Source: Planctomycetota bacterium (GTDB taxonomy: Bacteria; Planctomycetota; UBA1135; JAKEFM01). Taken from it: 64,000 nt of DNA. The stretch covers positions 18,228-82,227 of the forward strand of contig JAKEFM010000212.1 of assembly GCA_022616055.1 (NCBI GenBank), given 5' to 3'. Each line of letters opens with the position of its first letter. Position 1 is the stretch's first letter. A program made the translations under genes and the position numbers. Shown in pieces: positions 32,705 through 43,328 of this stretch. The notes under the pieces are model-generated. The model saw only the letters and a list, made by a program, of their open reading frames with translations. It was not told where the DNA came from and ran no database searches.

Positions 32705-34336
32705 ATGAGCGCGCCCGCCGGGTCGGTGCTCTCCGCGGCCCTCGCCGCGATCCTCCTCGGCTCGCCCGGCGACGACACCGAGGACCTGCGACGGTTCCTC
32801 GCCAAGTACCGCACGGGCGCGGTCGACGCCTCGGTGATCGGCCGGCTCATCCCGAGCCTCGAGCCTCCCCCGGCCTTCCCCGCCTACGAGCGCGCGCGGG
32901 AGAAGCTGCGCCTGGACCCCACCCCGGCGAAGGCGGCCGTCCTCCTCGAGGCGGCGGTCCTCCGGCTCGCCGAGGATCCCGAGGAGGAGCTCGCCCGGTT
33001 CGCGGCCTGCCAGCCCTGGGTCGTGCGAAGGCGGGCGATCGACGATCTCTGCTCGTTCCAGGGGAAGGAGGCGATCCAGGACTGGGCCCTCGGTCTCCTC
33101 GCCGATCCCTCCCTCCCTCTCCCCGAGCGGCGCGTCCTCGTCGAGTGTCTGGGTGCGGCCCTCGCGCGCCGTCCCCGCCCGGCCGTCTACGCGGCCCTGC
33201 TCGAGGCCCTCGAGCACTCCGACGCGACGGTCCGGGGCCTGGCGGCCGAGGGGCTCGGCCCCGCGCTCGAGCGCGCCGACCTCCTCCGGTTCCTCCAGCG
33301 CCTCTTCGACGGCGACGCCGGGGTCCGATTGCGCGCGGTCCGCGGGGTCCGGGCCGCCTTCCCTCGCCTGCAGGGGAGCCTCGCGGAGAAGGAGGAGCGC
33401 CGGGCCCTCGAGCTCCTCGGCTCGAGGCTCTCCGATCCCGATGCCCACGTCCGCCTCCTCCTGGCGGAGATCCTCCGGGAGTTCCCCCGTCCCCTCCTCA
33501 TCCCCTTCCTCGTGCGGGCCCTCGAGCAGGAGGAGAAGCGCGCGGGGACGGAGGAGGCGCGACTCCGATTCCGCCTCGCGATCGAGGACCTCCTCTACCG
33601 GCTCACCGGTCTCGGCTCCCCGCCGTGGCCCGCGCCCCGCTGGCGCCAGTGGCTCGACGCCCGCAAGCCCGAGGAGGTGGCGAAGCTCCCGACGCCGACG
33701 GCCGTCCCCGGCTCCATCCACCGGACCGCCGCCACCTACTTCGGGCGGGAGGTGCGATCCGACCGCGTCGTCTTCGTGATGGACTTCTCCGGGAGCATGC
33801 GCCGGACGACCGGCAACCTCGAGCACGACCGCGGCGAGGGGAAGCGCGACCCGCGCGCCCGGATCGACGTCGCGCGCCGGGAGCTCGCCGCGTACCTTCA
33901 CCCCCTCGACGAGACGCACCGCTTCAACGTCGTCGTCTTCGCCGTGGGCGCGCTCGCCGCCTTCGACGAGCTCGCGCCGGCGAGCGCCGAGAACAAGCGC
34001 CGCGCGATGGCGTTCGTGGACCAGGTTCCGGTCAGCGGCTCGACCGACCTGTTCTCGGGGATCCTCCGGGGACTGCGCTGCGGCGGGCTCGACGCCGGGA
34101 GCCGGTTCGGGACGAGGGCGGACACCGTCTTCCTCCTGAGCGACGGGGTCCCGACGGCCGGGGCGGTGACCGACCCGGGCGACATCGCGCGCCTCGTGAC
34201 GAAGATGAACGAGGGCTCCGGCCTCACGATCAACGTCGTCGACCTCGGCGTCCGGCACGAGGCCTTCCAGAAGCACCTGCGCGAGCTCGCCGCGCGCAAC
34301 GGCGGCGAGTACATCCGGGCCGAGTCCGCGCAGTAG
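32705..34336 (+). CDS. Secreted HEAT-repeat + von Willebrand factor A (VWA) domain protein
   Basis: Start MSAPAGSVLSAALAAILLG. HEAT-like repeats (DATVRGLAAEGLG, DAGVRLRAVRGV, DAHVRLLLAEIL). VWA MIDAS VMDFSGSM ... SGSTDL ... LLSDGVPT. Confidence 0.85.
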   Translation: MSAPAGSVLSAALAAILLGSPGDDTEDLRRFLAKYRTGAVDASVIGRLIPSLEPPPAFPAYERAREKLRLDPTPAKAAVLLEAAVLRLAEDPEEELARFAACQPWVVRRRAIDDLCSFQGKEAIQDWALGLLADPSLPLPERRVLVECLGAALARRPRPAVYAALLEALEHSDATVRGLAAEGLGPALERADLLRFLQRLFDGDAGVRLRAVRGVRAAFPRLQGSLAEKEERRALELLGSRLSDPDAHVRLLLAEILREFPRPLLIPFLVRALEQEEKRAGTEEARLRFRLAIEDLLYRLTGLGSPPWPAPRWRQWLDARKPEEVAKLPTPTAVPGSIHRTAATYFGREVRSDRVVFVMDFSGSMRRTTGNLEHDRGEGKRDPRARIDVARRELAAYLHPLDETHRFNVVVFAVGALAAFDELAPASAENKRRAMAFVDQVPVSGSTDLFSGILRGLRCGGLDAGSRFGTRADTVFLLSDGVPTAGAVTDPGDIARLVTKMNEGSGLTINVVDLGVRHEAFQKHLRELAARNGGEYIRAESAQ

Positions 34337-34433
34337 CGCTCGCGGCCGGGGGAGCGACCGCGACCTTCGCCTCCCGAGGTCCAACTCCGTCCTCCTCGCC
34401 CCGTAGACTCGTTCGCCCGACCCCGAGGATTCG

Positions 34434-36920
34434 ATGACGGACCTCCTCGCCTGGCTCTTCCTCGCCGCGTGTCCCCAGGGCCCACCGGAGACGGCCAGGG
34501 GCGAGCGCGGGATGACGGTGGAGGACCTGCTCTCCGTCGAGAACCTGGGGACGATCGCGCTCTCGCCCGACGGACGGTGGGCGGCCGTCGCGATCCAGCG
34601 CTCGAAGCGGGAGGCCGGGTTCTTCACTCGCACCCGGCTCGGCGGGGACGATCGCTCCGACCTCTGGCTCGTCGCGACCTCGACGGGCGAGCGCCGCCGC
34701 CTCACCGACGGCGCCGGCGACGGCAGCGGCACCTGGGCGCCCGCCTGGTCCCCGGACGGGGAGCGGCTCGCGATGCTCACGAGCCAGGGCGGCGACCAAG
34801 CCCGCCTCCTCGTCTGGTCGCGGGGCACGGGGACGCTCGAGCGCGTCGCGGAGGAGGGGATCCACCTGGGCGCCCCGCTCGCGACGGGCGCCGCGAGGGC
34901 GTACGGGTTCGCGTGGCTGGACGAGACGAGGATCCTCGCCGTCCTCGTCCCTCCCGACTTCCGCCCCTTCGACTTCGGCGGCGACCACGAGACGCAGATC
35001 CTGGCGCCGAGGGCGTGGACGAGGATGCAGCGCGGACTCGAGCCGAGCGTGAGCGTCCTCGTGAGCGGAGCACCGCCGCCTCCCGCCGGGGTCGCGACGG
35101 TCGCGATCCTCGACGTCGCGGGGCGCCGGACGACTCCCCTCGCCGAGGTCGAGGCCGCCCTCCTGTCCGCTCCGCAGGCGAGTCTCGCCCCGGACGGGCG
35201 GCACCTCGCCGTCCTCGAGACGGCGCCTCGCCCCCCGCCGGCGCCCGGAAGACCGATGACGTTCGCCGATCGCGGACGGACCCGGGTCGCCCTCGTCCGG
35301 GTCGGACCCGGGCGCGATTCGCCCCGCTGGCTCGAGGGGATCGAGCGGGCGAGCCTCGACACGGTGGCCTGGTCCCCCGACGGCAGGACGCTCGCCGCGC
35401 TCGCGCCGCGCCAGGGCGAGGGCTCGGACGACGCCGTACACCGGATCGACGCGCAAAGCGGCGAGCGGCGGCCCGCGAGCCCGCCGGGCTGGAAGGTCAC
35501 GCGGCTCCTGTGGCTCGACTCCGAGCGCCTCGTCGTCCAGGCCACGACCGACGCGGGGAGGCCCGGGTCCGCGCCGCGGAGCGACTGGTGGCTGCTCTCC
35601 CCCGACGGCGAGCCCCGCAACCTGACCGCGGCGGTCCCGGAACCGCCCGCCGCGGTCACCCGGGGCCCGGACGGCATCCTGCTCGCCGTCGCGGGCGGCG
35701 AGCTCTGGCGGATCGATCCCGCGAGCGGGCCCTCGAGCCTCACGGCCTCCTTCGCGCCCACGGTCCGTTCCCTCGCGAGGCGGGAAGGACCTCCGGGGAA
35801 GAGGGACCTCCCCGAAGTCGTGATCGACGCGGGCGAGGAGGGCGCGACGTCGCCCTACCGGGTTTCCCTGGAGGAGGGGCCCCACCCGATCGAGTCCGTG
35901 CCCGTCCCTTCGTCCCACGCGACGGTCGACGCGCACTGGCCCTCGCAGCGAGCCGTCGTCTTCCGGGCCGTCGAGGACGAGGGCGTCTTCGCCTGGGCGA
36001 CGGACCTGTCCACCGGGCGCACGACGCGCCTCGCCGCGCTCAACGAGCACCTCGCCGACGTCGCGCCCGCCCGCCAGCGGATCGTCGAGTATCGCGGCGC
36101 GGACGGGGACCCGCTGAACGCGCTCGTCCTCCTCCCCCACGACTACCAGGAGGGGAAGCGGTACCCCGTCCTCACTTGGGTCTACGCCGGGGACGTTTAC
36201 CGCAAGATCCGGAGGCGGCCTCCCCTCGCTGACAAGTTCAGCGAGAACTCGCTCAATCTGCTGCCGCTCCTCGCGCGGGGGTACGTCGTGCTCCTTCCGA
36301 GCATCCCTCTCCCGCCCGAGGGGAAGCCGGCGGACCCGATGATCGACCTTCCGAAGGGGGTGATCCCGGCCGTGGACCGGCTGATCGAGCTCGGGATCGC
36401 CGATCCGGATCGGCTCGCGGTGGGCGGGCACAGCTACGGCGGCTACAGCGCCTACGCGATGATCGCGACCACGAACCGGTTCAAGGCCGCGATCGCCTCG
36501 GCCGGCACCTCCGACCTCGTCAGCCAGTACGGCACCCTCGACGCGCGGTTCCGCTACGGGGAGACCGCGACGGAGGGAGACTCCGAGCGGCGCTGGTCGG
36601 AAGGGGGCCAAGGGCGGATGGGCGTCCCCCCCTACGAGAACCTCTGGAGGTACCTCCGCAACAGCCCGATCCACTTCGTGGACCGCGTGCAGACGCCGGT
36701 CCTCATCATCCAGGGGGACATGGACTTCGTCCCCCTCGCGCAGGGGGAGGAGCTCTTCCTCGGGCTCCACCGCCAGGGGAAGAGCGCGCGGTTCCTGCGC
36801 TACTTCGGCGAGGGCCACACCGTGGAGTCGCCCGCCAACGTCCGCCACATGTGGGGGGAGATCTTCGCCTGGCTCGATACTCACCTCGGCCCGCCGGATC
36901 GTCCGCCGTCGGCGAAGTGA
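34434..36920 (+). CDS. S9-family serine peptidase (prolyl oligopeptidase / acylaminoacyl-peptidase-like) with an N-terminal beta-propeller
   Basis: WD40/TolB-like repeats (LSPDGRWAAV, WSPDGERLAM, WSPDGRTLAA). Catalytic GGHSYGGY, GDMDFVP and GEGHTV. SD GAGGA precedes the ATG. Confidence 0.9.
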   Translation: MTDLLAWLFLAACPQGPPETARGERGMTVEDLLSVENLGTIALSPDGRWAAVAIQRSKREAGFFTRTRLGGDDRSDLWLVATSTGERRRLTDGAGDGSGTWAPAWSPDGERLAMLTSQGGDQARLLVWSRGTGTLERVAEEGIHLGAPLATGAARAYGFAWLDETRILAVLVPPDFRPFDFGGDHETQILAPRAWTRMQRGLEPSVSVLVSGAPPPPAGVATVAILDVAGRRTTPLAEVEAALLSAPQASLAPDGRHLAVLETAPRPPPAPGRPMTFADRGRTRVALVRVGPGRDSPRWLEGIERASLDTVAWSPDGRTLAALAPRQGEGSDDAVHRIDAQSGERRPASPPGWKVTRLLWLDSERLVVQATTDAGRPGSAPRSDWWLLSPDGEPRNLTAAVPEPPAAVTRGPDGILLAVAGGELWRIDPASGPSSLTASFAPTVRSLARREGPPGKRDLPEVVIDAGEEGATSPYRVSLEEGPHPIESVPVPSSHATVDAHWPSQRAVVFRAVEDEGVFAWATDLSTGRTTRLAALNEHLADVAPARQRIVEYRGADGDPLNALVLLPHDYQEGKRYPVLTWVYAGDVYRKIRRRPPLADKFSENSLNLLPLLARGYVVLLPSIPLPPEGKPADPMIDLPKGVIPAVDRLIELGIADPDRLAVGGHSYGGYSAYAMIATTNRFKAAIASAGTSDLVSQYGTLDARFRYGETATEGDSERRWSEGGQGRMGVPPYENLWRYLRNSPIHFVDRVQTPVLIIQGDMDFVPLAQGEELFLGLHRQGKSARFLRYFGEGHTVESPANVRHMWGEIFAWLDTHLGPPDRPPSAK

Positions 36921-37013
36921 CCGGCGCGGGGCTCGCTCCCCGGCTGGAAGGAGCGCCCCGAGCAGCGCAACCGTACTTGACAAATAGTGCGCCTAGCCGT
37001 AAAGGACGGTGGC

Positions 37014-38144
37014 GTGATCGAGCGCCCCTTCTGGCTCGCCCGCATCGAGAGCGCCTGGAAGCAGGCCCCCGTCGCCTGGCTCTCCGGGGTGCGACGCTCC
37101 GGGAAGACGACCCTCGCCCTGGGGCTCGGGGCCGAGCGGGCCCTCCACGTGAACTGCGACCTCCCCGCCGTGGAGGAGACCGTGCGGGATCCGGTGCTCT
37201 TCTACCGGAACGTCCCCAAGCGGGTCGTCGTCTTCGACGAGATCCATCAACTCCGGGATCCGAGCCGGCTGCTGAAGATCGGCGCCGATCTGTTCCCGCG
37301 GCTGAGGATCCTCGCCACGGGACCCTCCACGCTCGCCGCCACCCGGAAGTTCCGCGACACGCTCACGGGCCGCAAGCGAGAGGTGCGCCTCCTCCCCGTC
37401 CTGTGGGAGGAGCTGGCGGCGTTCGGGGCCATGCTCCCGAAGCGGCTGTACGACGGCGGCCTCCCTGCGGCGCTCCTCGCCGAGGAGAAGTCGCCGGCGC
37501 TGTACCGCGAGTGGATGGACTCCTTCTTCGCGAGGGACATCCAACGCCTCTTCGGATTCCGGAACGTCGATCGGTTCAATGCGCTCCTGGAGTACCTCCT
37601 GCGCCAGAGCGGGGGACTCCTGGAGCGATCTCGCGCCGCGGCGGCCCTCGGCATCTCGCGGCCCACCGTGGACAGCCACCTTCGGGCGCTCGAGATCACG
37701 CGCGCGATCACGCTCGTCCGGCCCTTTCACGGCGGGCGCCAGCGCGAGATCCTCCGGATGCCCAAGGTCTACGGGTTCGACACGGGCTTCGTCAGCTTCG
37801 CGCGCGGCTGGGATCCGCTGCGTCCCGAGGACCACGGCATTCTCTGGGAGCACCTCGTCCTGGAGCACCTCCAGGCGCACCTCCCGGACCCACCGATCCG
37901 CTACTGGCGGGACAAGGCGGGACACGAGGTGGACTTCGTGCTCGTGCGCTCGCGGGATCGGGTGGACGCCGTCGAGTGCAAGTGGGATCCCTCGGCGTTC
38001 GATCCGGCGGGATTGAAGGTGTTCCGCTCCCACTATGCGGACGGGAAGAACTACCTCGTCACGCCGGAGGAGGGCCCCGCCCATTCGCGCAGGCTCGGAG
38101 GGCTCGAGGTCCGCGTAGGCGGTCCGGAGGGGATCGGCGCCTGA
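37014..38144 (+). CDS. AAA_14 / DUF4143 ATPase (paralog 1)
   Basis: Walker A GVRRSGKTTL and Walker B VVVFDEIH. The DUF4143-like C-terminus includes EVDFVL (PD-(D/E)xK-like). GTG 37014 with SD AAGGA is preferred over the track start at 36987. Confidence 0.85.
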   Translation: MIERPFWLARIESAWKQAPVAWLSGVRRSGKTTLALGLGAERALHVNCDLPAVEETVRDPVLFYRNVPKRVVVFDEIHQLRDPSRLLKIGADLFPRLRILATGPSTLAATRKFRDTLTGRKREVRLLPVLWEELAAFGAMLPKRLYDGGLPAALLAEEKSPALYREWMDSFFARDIQRLFGFRNVDRFNALLEYLLRQSGGLLERSRAAAALGISRPTVDSHLRALEITRAITLVRPFHGGRQREILRMPKVYGFDTGFVSFARGWDPLRPEDHGILWEHLVLEHLQAHLPDPPIRYWRDKAGHEVDFVLVRSRDRVDAVECKWDPSAFDPAGLKVFRSHYADGKNYLVTPEEGPAHSRRLGGLEVRVGGPEGIGA

Positions 38145-38151
38145 ACGCCGG

Positions 38152-39393
38152 CTATCGGAGGAGGGGGAGCGGCTCGAAGGCCGCCCCGAGCGTCGCCTCC
38201 GCGCGCCAGCCGAGCCAGCGCTCGAGAACGGCCGCGTAGACGCTCCGGAAGTCGACGGCGAACCGAACGTCGCCGTCGTCGAGGTTGGCGAGATCCGGAG
38301 GCGGCCCGTGAACGCCCCCGCTCACGGTTCCGGCGAGGAACATCGGCCCCGCCGCGCCATGGTCGGTGCCGTGCGATCCGTTCTCCCGCACGCGGCGACC
38401 GAACTCGGAGAAAGCCAGTAGGAGGACGCGGCCGCCGAGACCCTGTCCGTCGAGGTCGGCGAAGAAGGCGGCCACGGCCTCGGCGAACTCGCGGAGCAAT
38501 CGCGGTTGGACGGAGGACTGCTCCGCGTGCGTGTCGAAGCCGTAGTGGCTGACGTGGAAGAGGCGCGTGCCGAATCCCGCCCGGAGCACTTGCGAGACGG
38601 CGCGGAGGTCGCGGCCGAGGTCGGTGGCGGGATAGGCGGCGGAGACCTTGGCATTCGAGGTGGCCCGCTCGAGGGCCTCGGCGCTGGCGAAGGCGGAACG
38701 ACTGGCGACCGCGACGAAGGCGAGGTCGGTCCCTTGGGGTCTGGGGTGGGCGGCGAGATCGGCGAGGAGGGATCGACGGAGTTCGGAACCGGGACCGGCC
38801 GCGGGCGCGACGCGGTAGGCGTCGAGGGAGAGGATGGCGGTGGCGCGGCCGCGGTCGCCAACGAGGGAGAGGGGGAGCTCCGGGTCGCCGAAGGAGACGG
38901 CGGGGAGCGAGCCCTCGGAAAGGTCGCCCGCCGCGTCGAGGGCGCGCCCGAGCCAGCCGGTGAGGACGAGTTCCTTCTCGGGGAGGCCGGTCTCCCAGAT
39001 GTCCATCGCGCGGAAGTGGGAGCGGTTCGGGTTCGGGTATCCCGCGGTCGGGACGATCGCGAGACGGCCCGCGTCGAGGAGGGGGCGGAGTGCCCTCATC
39101 TCGGCGTTGAGCCCGAGGCGGTCGTCGATCCGGATCGCCCCCTTCGCCGCGGCGCGGAGAGTGGGGCGGGCGCGGTGGTAGGCGTCGTCCTCGAACGGAA
39201 CGACGGTGTTCAGGCCGTCGTTCCCCCCGCCGAGGCGGACGACGACGAGGGCGTTCTCGGGCGAGCCGTGGCCGGAGCGGAGAGCCTTCTCTCCGAGGAA
39301 GTGCCGGAGGAAACCCGGTGCCGAAGCCCAGGCGAGAGGAGGGCCGATCGCCGCGAAGGCGCCCCGTCGGAGGAACGAGCGGCGGTCGAGCAT
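38152..39393 (-). CDS. DUF1501 protein (sulfatase-like fold) with a Tat signal
   Basis: MLDRRSFLRRG twin-arginine motif. GGNDGLNTVVP, NRSHF, GFDTHA and GTDHG motifs. Confidence 0.9.
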   Translation of the reverse strand: MLDRRSFLRRGAFAAIGPPLAWASAPGFLRHFLGEKALRSGHGSPENALVVVRLGGGNDGLNTVVPFEDDAYHRARPTLRAAAKGAIRIDDRLGLNAEMRALRPLLDAGRLAIVPTAGYPNPNRSHFRAMDIWETGLPEKELVLTGWLGRALDAAGDLSEGSLPAVSFGDPELPLSLVGDRGRATAILSLDAYRVAPAAGPGSELRRSLLADLAAHPRPQGTDLAFVAVASRSAFASAEALERATSNAKVSAAYPATDLGRDLRAVSQVLRAGFGTRLFHVSHYGFDTHAEQSSVQPRLLREFAEAVAAFFADLDGQGLGGRVLLLAFSEFGRRVRENGSHGTDHGAAGPMFLAGTVSGGVHGPPPDLANLDDGDVRFAVDFRSVYAAVLERWLGWRAEATLGAAFEPLPLLR

Positions 39394-39394
39394 G

Positions 39395-40731
<1,337 letters not shown>

Positions 40732-40732
<1 letters not shown>

Positions 40733-42429
40733 CAGTAGAGGAAGCGGAGCACCGCCTCCAGGGAGACGCCCGAGCCGTCGGGGCCGAACGATAGGGTCGC
40801 CCCCTCGACGCGGGAGAGGAGGTCGAGGAAGAGGCGGAAGTCGGCGAGCACGCGCTCGCGCGGCTTCCCCTTGAGGACCTCGTTCGCCACGATCGGCGCC
40901 TCGTTCTCCTCGAGGATCTCGCGGAGGACCGGCCCGTCGACGTCGAGGCGGTCGACCGGGCGGGTCGGGGCGAGCCCCGCGTCGATCGCGGCCTTCAGGG
41001 ACTCGAGGCTCGAGGAGAGGTAGAGGCGGTCCCCGACGAGGGCGTAGGCCGGGGTCGCGTTGAACTCGACGGGGAGCGGGCCGTCCCCATCGGGCGGGAC
41101 GTAACGCGCGACGTGGACCGTCGCGTCGCCGTGCTTCTCCGTGGAGAGGAGGAGCCCCTCCTTCCCCTCCTGCCCGCGCTGCGCGTTCGCGAGGCCGACG
41201 CCGGTCTGGAACGCCATCGTCAGCGCCGAGCGGAGCGCGTCGGGATTCTTCAGTCGCCAGACGAGGACCCCGCCCGGCAGTCGGACCTGCGGGGGGCGCG
41301 GGAGGCTGTCGAACGCCTGCCGGCAGAGGAAGAAATCCACCTCGGCGCCGAGGTGGGGGAGGATGTCCTGCTCGAACCGGCGTCCCCCGAAGAGGACGCG
41401 CGCCGCCATCCGGAGTCCGGAGTCGTCGAGAGGGCCGAGCGCCTCGCGCGCGTTCCAGAACGCCTCGAAGTCGCGATGGAGGCGCAGGGCGAGGAACTCG
41501 CCCTGGGGAGGGACCGCCCGGGGGGGAGAAGGAGCGTCCTTCGCCGGGAAGAAGATCGGTCGGATCTCGGCGGGGAGGTCCCCGGGCGGGACGGGGACGT
41601 GGAGGCTCGCCCGGAACGATCGGCCCGAGCCGGAGACGGCGAGGCCGAGGAAGGGGGAGGCGTTGACGAGCTCCCGGATCGCGCCGAAGAGGAAGGCGGC
41701 GCCGGCGTCGGGGGGGGCAGGGAGGAGCTTCCGGTCCGGACGGCTGGCGGCGATCCTCGCCGCATCGAGGAAGGCGAAGAGGGAGGCTCCTCCCGGGGCG
41801 CTCCTCCTCGCCGCGCGGAAGGGGGGGGCGGCCGAGAGGGAGGTCGAGGTCCCTCCGGCGGCGCGGGAGAGGGCCGCCTTCAGGAGCGTCTCGCTCGTCG
41901 AGGCGAGCGTGAGGGGCCCGCTCGAGGCCGCGAAGACCTTCTCGTCGATCGCGAAGAGGACGCCCTCGCCGATCTCCTCGCGCCGGATCCCCTCCCCCTT
42001 GCGCCCCAGCGTCACGAGGTTCGCGAGCCCCTGGAGCGTCTCCGCGGCGAACTCGGCGTCTTCCTCGGCGGCCCGGGCGAGGAGGAGAAGGTCGGGCTTC
42101 TCCGGCGAGGAACCGGGGAGGAGGGCCGCGGCGAAACCCTTCGAGACGATGCGGCGGATCGACTCGTCGAGGGGGACGCCGGAGAGCCCCTTCCAGGCGG
42201 CGAGCACCTTCTCGAGATTCCTCCCCTTCGGGCTCGCCAGGAACTCCTTCCACCCCGGCGAGCCGCGGACCGCGCTTTCGAGGGGAGATCCCCGGAACCT
42301 CGTGTAGAGCGCGCCCGGCTCGAGGAGCTCGGCGTAGGCGACCGCCTCGGCGGGGGCGAGCGCGGCGAGGTCCTCGACGACCCCGCAGCCGGTTCGCGGG
42401 AGGAGGAGCGCGGCGAGGGCGAGGAGCAT
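40732..42429 (-). CDS. Large exported hypothetical protein (565 aa)
   Basis: N-terminal hydrophobic segment MLLALAALLLPRTGC. SD GGAGG lies 9 nt upstream. Globular composition and GC3 bias. Coupled (1-nt overlap) to the DUF1800 gene. Confidence 0.7.
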
Positions 42430-42510
42430 CGGCGGGGGCCTCCAGCCCGCGGATGCGCGGGCCTCGAGGGGTATTGTGAAGCCCTTCTTCGGGCGGGAGG
42501 TAGCGCGGGA

Positions 42511-42858
42511 TTACCGGGGCCGGAGGAGGGCCCGGAGGGATCCGAGGAGGGTCCTCCGGACGAAGACCGAGCCGTCCCGCACGCGCGTCCGGTAGGCGGG
42601 GACCCGGACGCCGCGGAAATGGAGATGCTCGCCGGTCCGGGCGTCGAACGCCCAGCCGTGCGAGGGGCAGACCGCCGTCGATTCCTCCACGAGATCGGTT
42701 CCGAGGAATCCTCCCTGGTGGGGGCAGCGCGCCCCGAGGGCGGAAAGGCTCTCCCCGATCCGGAAGAGCACGATCGGCTCGCCGTCGACGCTCGTCCGGA
42801 TCCCGCACCCGGGCTCGACCTCCTCGAGGGAGGCGACGCGCTGCCAGAGGAGGCTCAC
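42511..42858 (-). CDS. Rieske [2Fe-2S] domain protein
   Basis: CPHQGG-X13-CPSHGW fits the CxH-X16-CxxH Rieske signature. The GTG start overlaps the stop of the LAB_N gene (GTGA). Confidence 0.85.
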   Translation of the reverse strand: MSLLWQRVASLEEVEPGCGIRTSVDGEPIVLFRIGESLSALGARCPHQGGFLGTDLVEESTAVCPSHGWAFDARTGEHLHFRGVRVPAYRTRVRDGSVFVRRTLLGSLRALLRPR

Positions 42859-43244
42859 GCTCCCGCGGCGCCGCCGCCGGAGGCCGCCTTCAGGCGGATA
42901 AAGTGGAGGTTGCGGAGGTAGATCGCCGTGTTCGGGAGGTAGGCGAGGATGCCGACCGGATCCCGGCGCTCGACGAAGTAGGCGAGCATCAGGAGCGTCC
43001 CGCCGATGCTCCAGTACCAGAAGGAGACGGGGATGACGCTCTCTCGCCGCCGCTCCGAGGCCATCCACTGGACGAGGAAGCGGACCGAGAAGGCGGCGTT
43101 GCCGAGGAGACCGACGACGACGAAGGGTCCCCACTCGAGGCCGGTCACCCACTCGACGACGTGCCGCCACACGAAGAGCACCGCGTTCCCGAATCCGCCG
43201 GGGGAATCGAGGAGGGCCGTCGCACACGGGAGCAGGCAATCCAT
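42855..43244 (-). CDS. Lipid-A-disaccharide-synthase N-terminal (LAB_N) domain membrane protein
   Basis: GNAAFSVRFLVQWMASERRRESVIPVSFWYWSIGGTLLMLAYFVERRDPVGI matches the LAB_N pattern (RF.vQW..SE+...S..P..FW..S..G). Confidence 0.8.
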   Translation of the reverse strand: MDCLLPCATALLDSPGGFGNAVLFVWRHVVEWVTGLEWGPFVVVGLLGNAAFSVRFLVQWMASERRRESVIPVSFWYWSIGGTLLMLAYFVERRDPVGILAYLPNTAIYLRNLHFIRLKAASGGGAAGA

Positions 43245-43328
43245 GGAAGTCCTCCGCCCCTTTTCTCCCCCGCTGCGGGCCGGAGTTCCAGGGGCTACCA
43301 GGCCTCGGCCGCAGCCACGGCGCGGCGG

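Noticed and set aside
36977-37005. TTGACA-N17-TAAAGG as a promoter for ATPase paralog 1
   Set aside because: The -10 candidate matches TATAAT at only 3 of 6 positions and lacks the invariant final T. It also overlaps the putative SD. It is mentioned only as an AT-rich patch.
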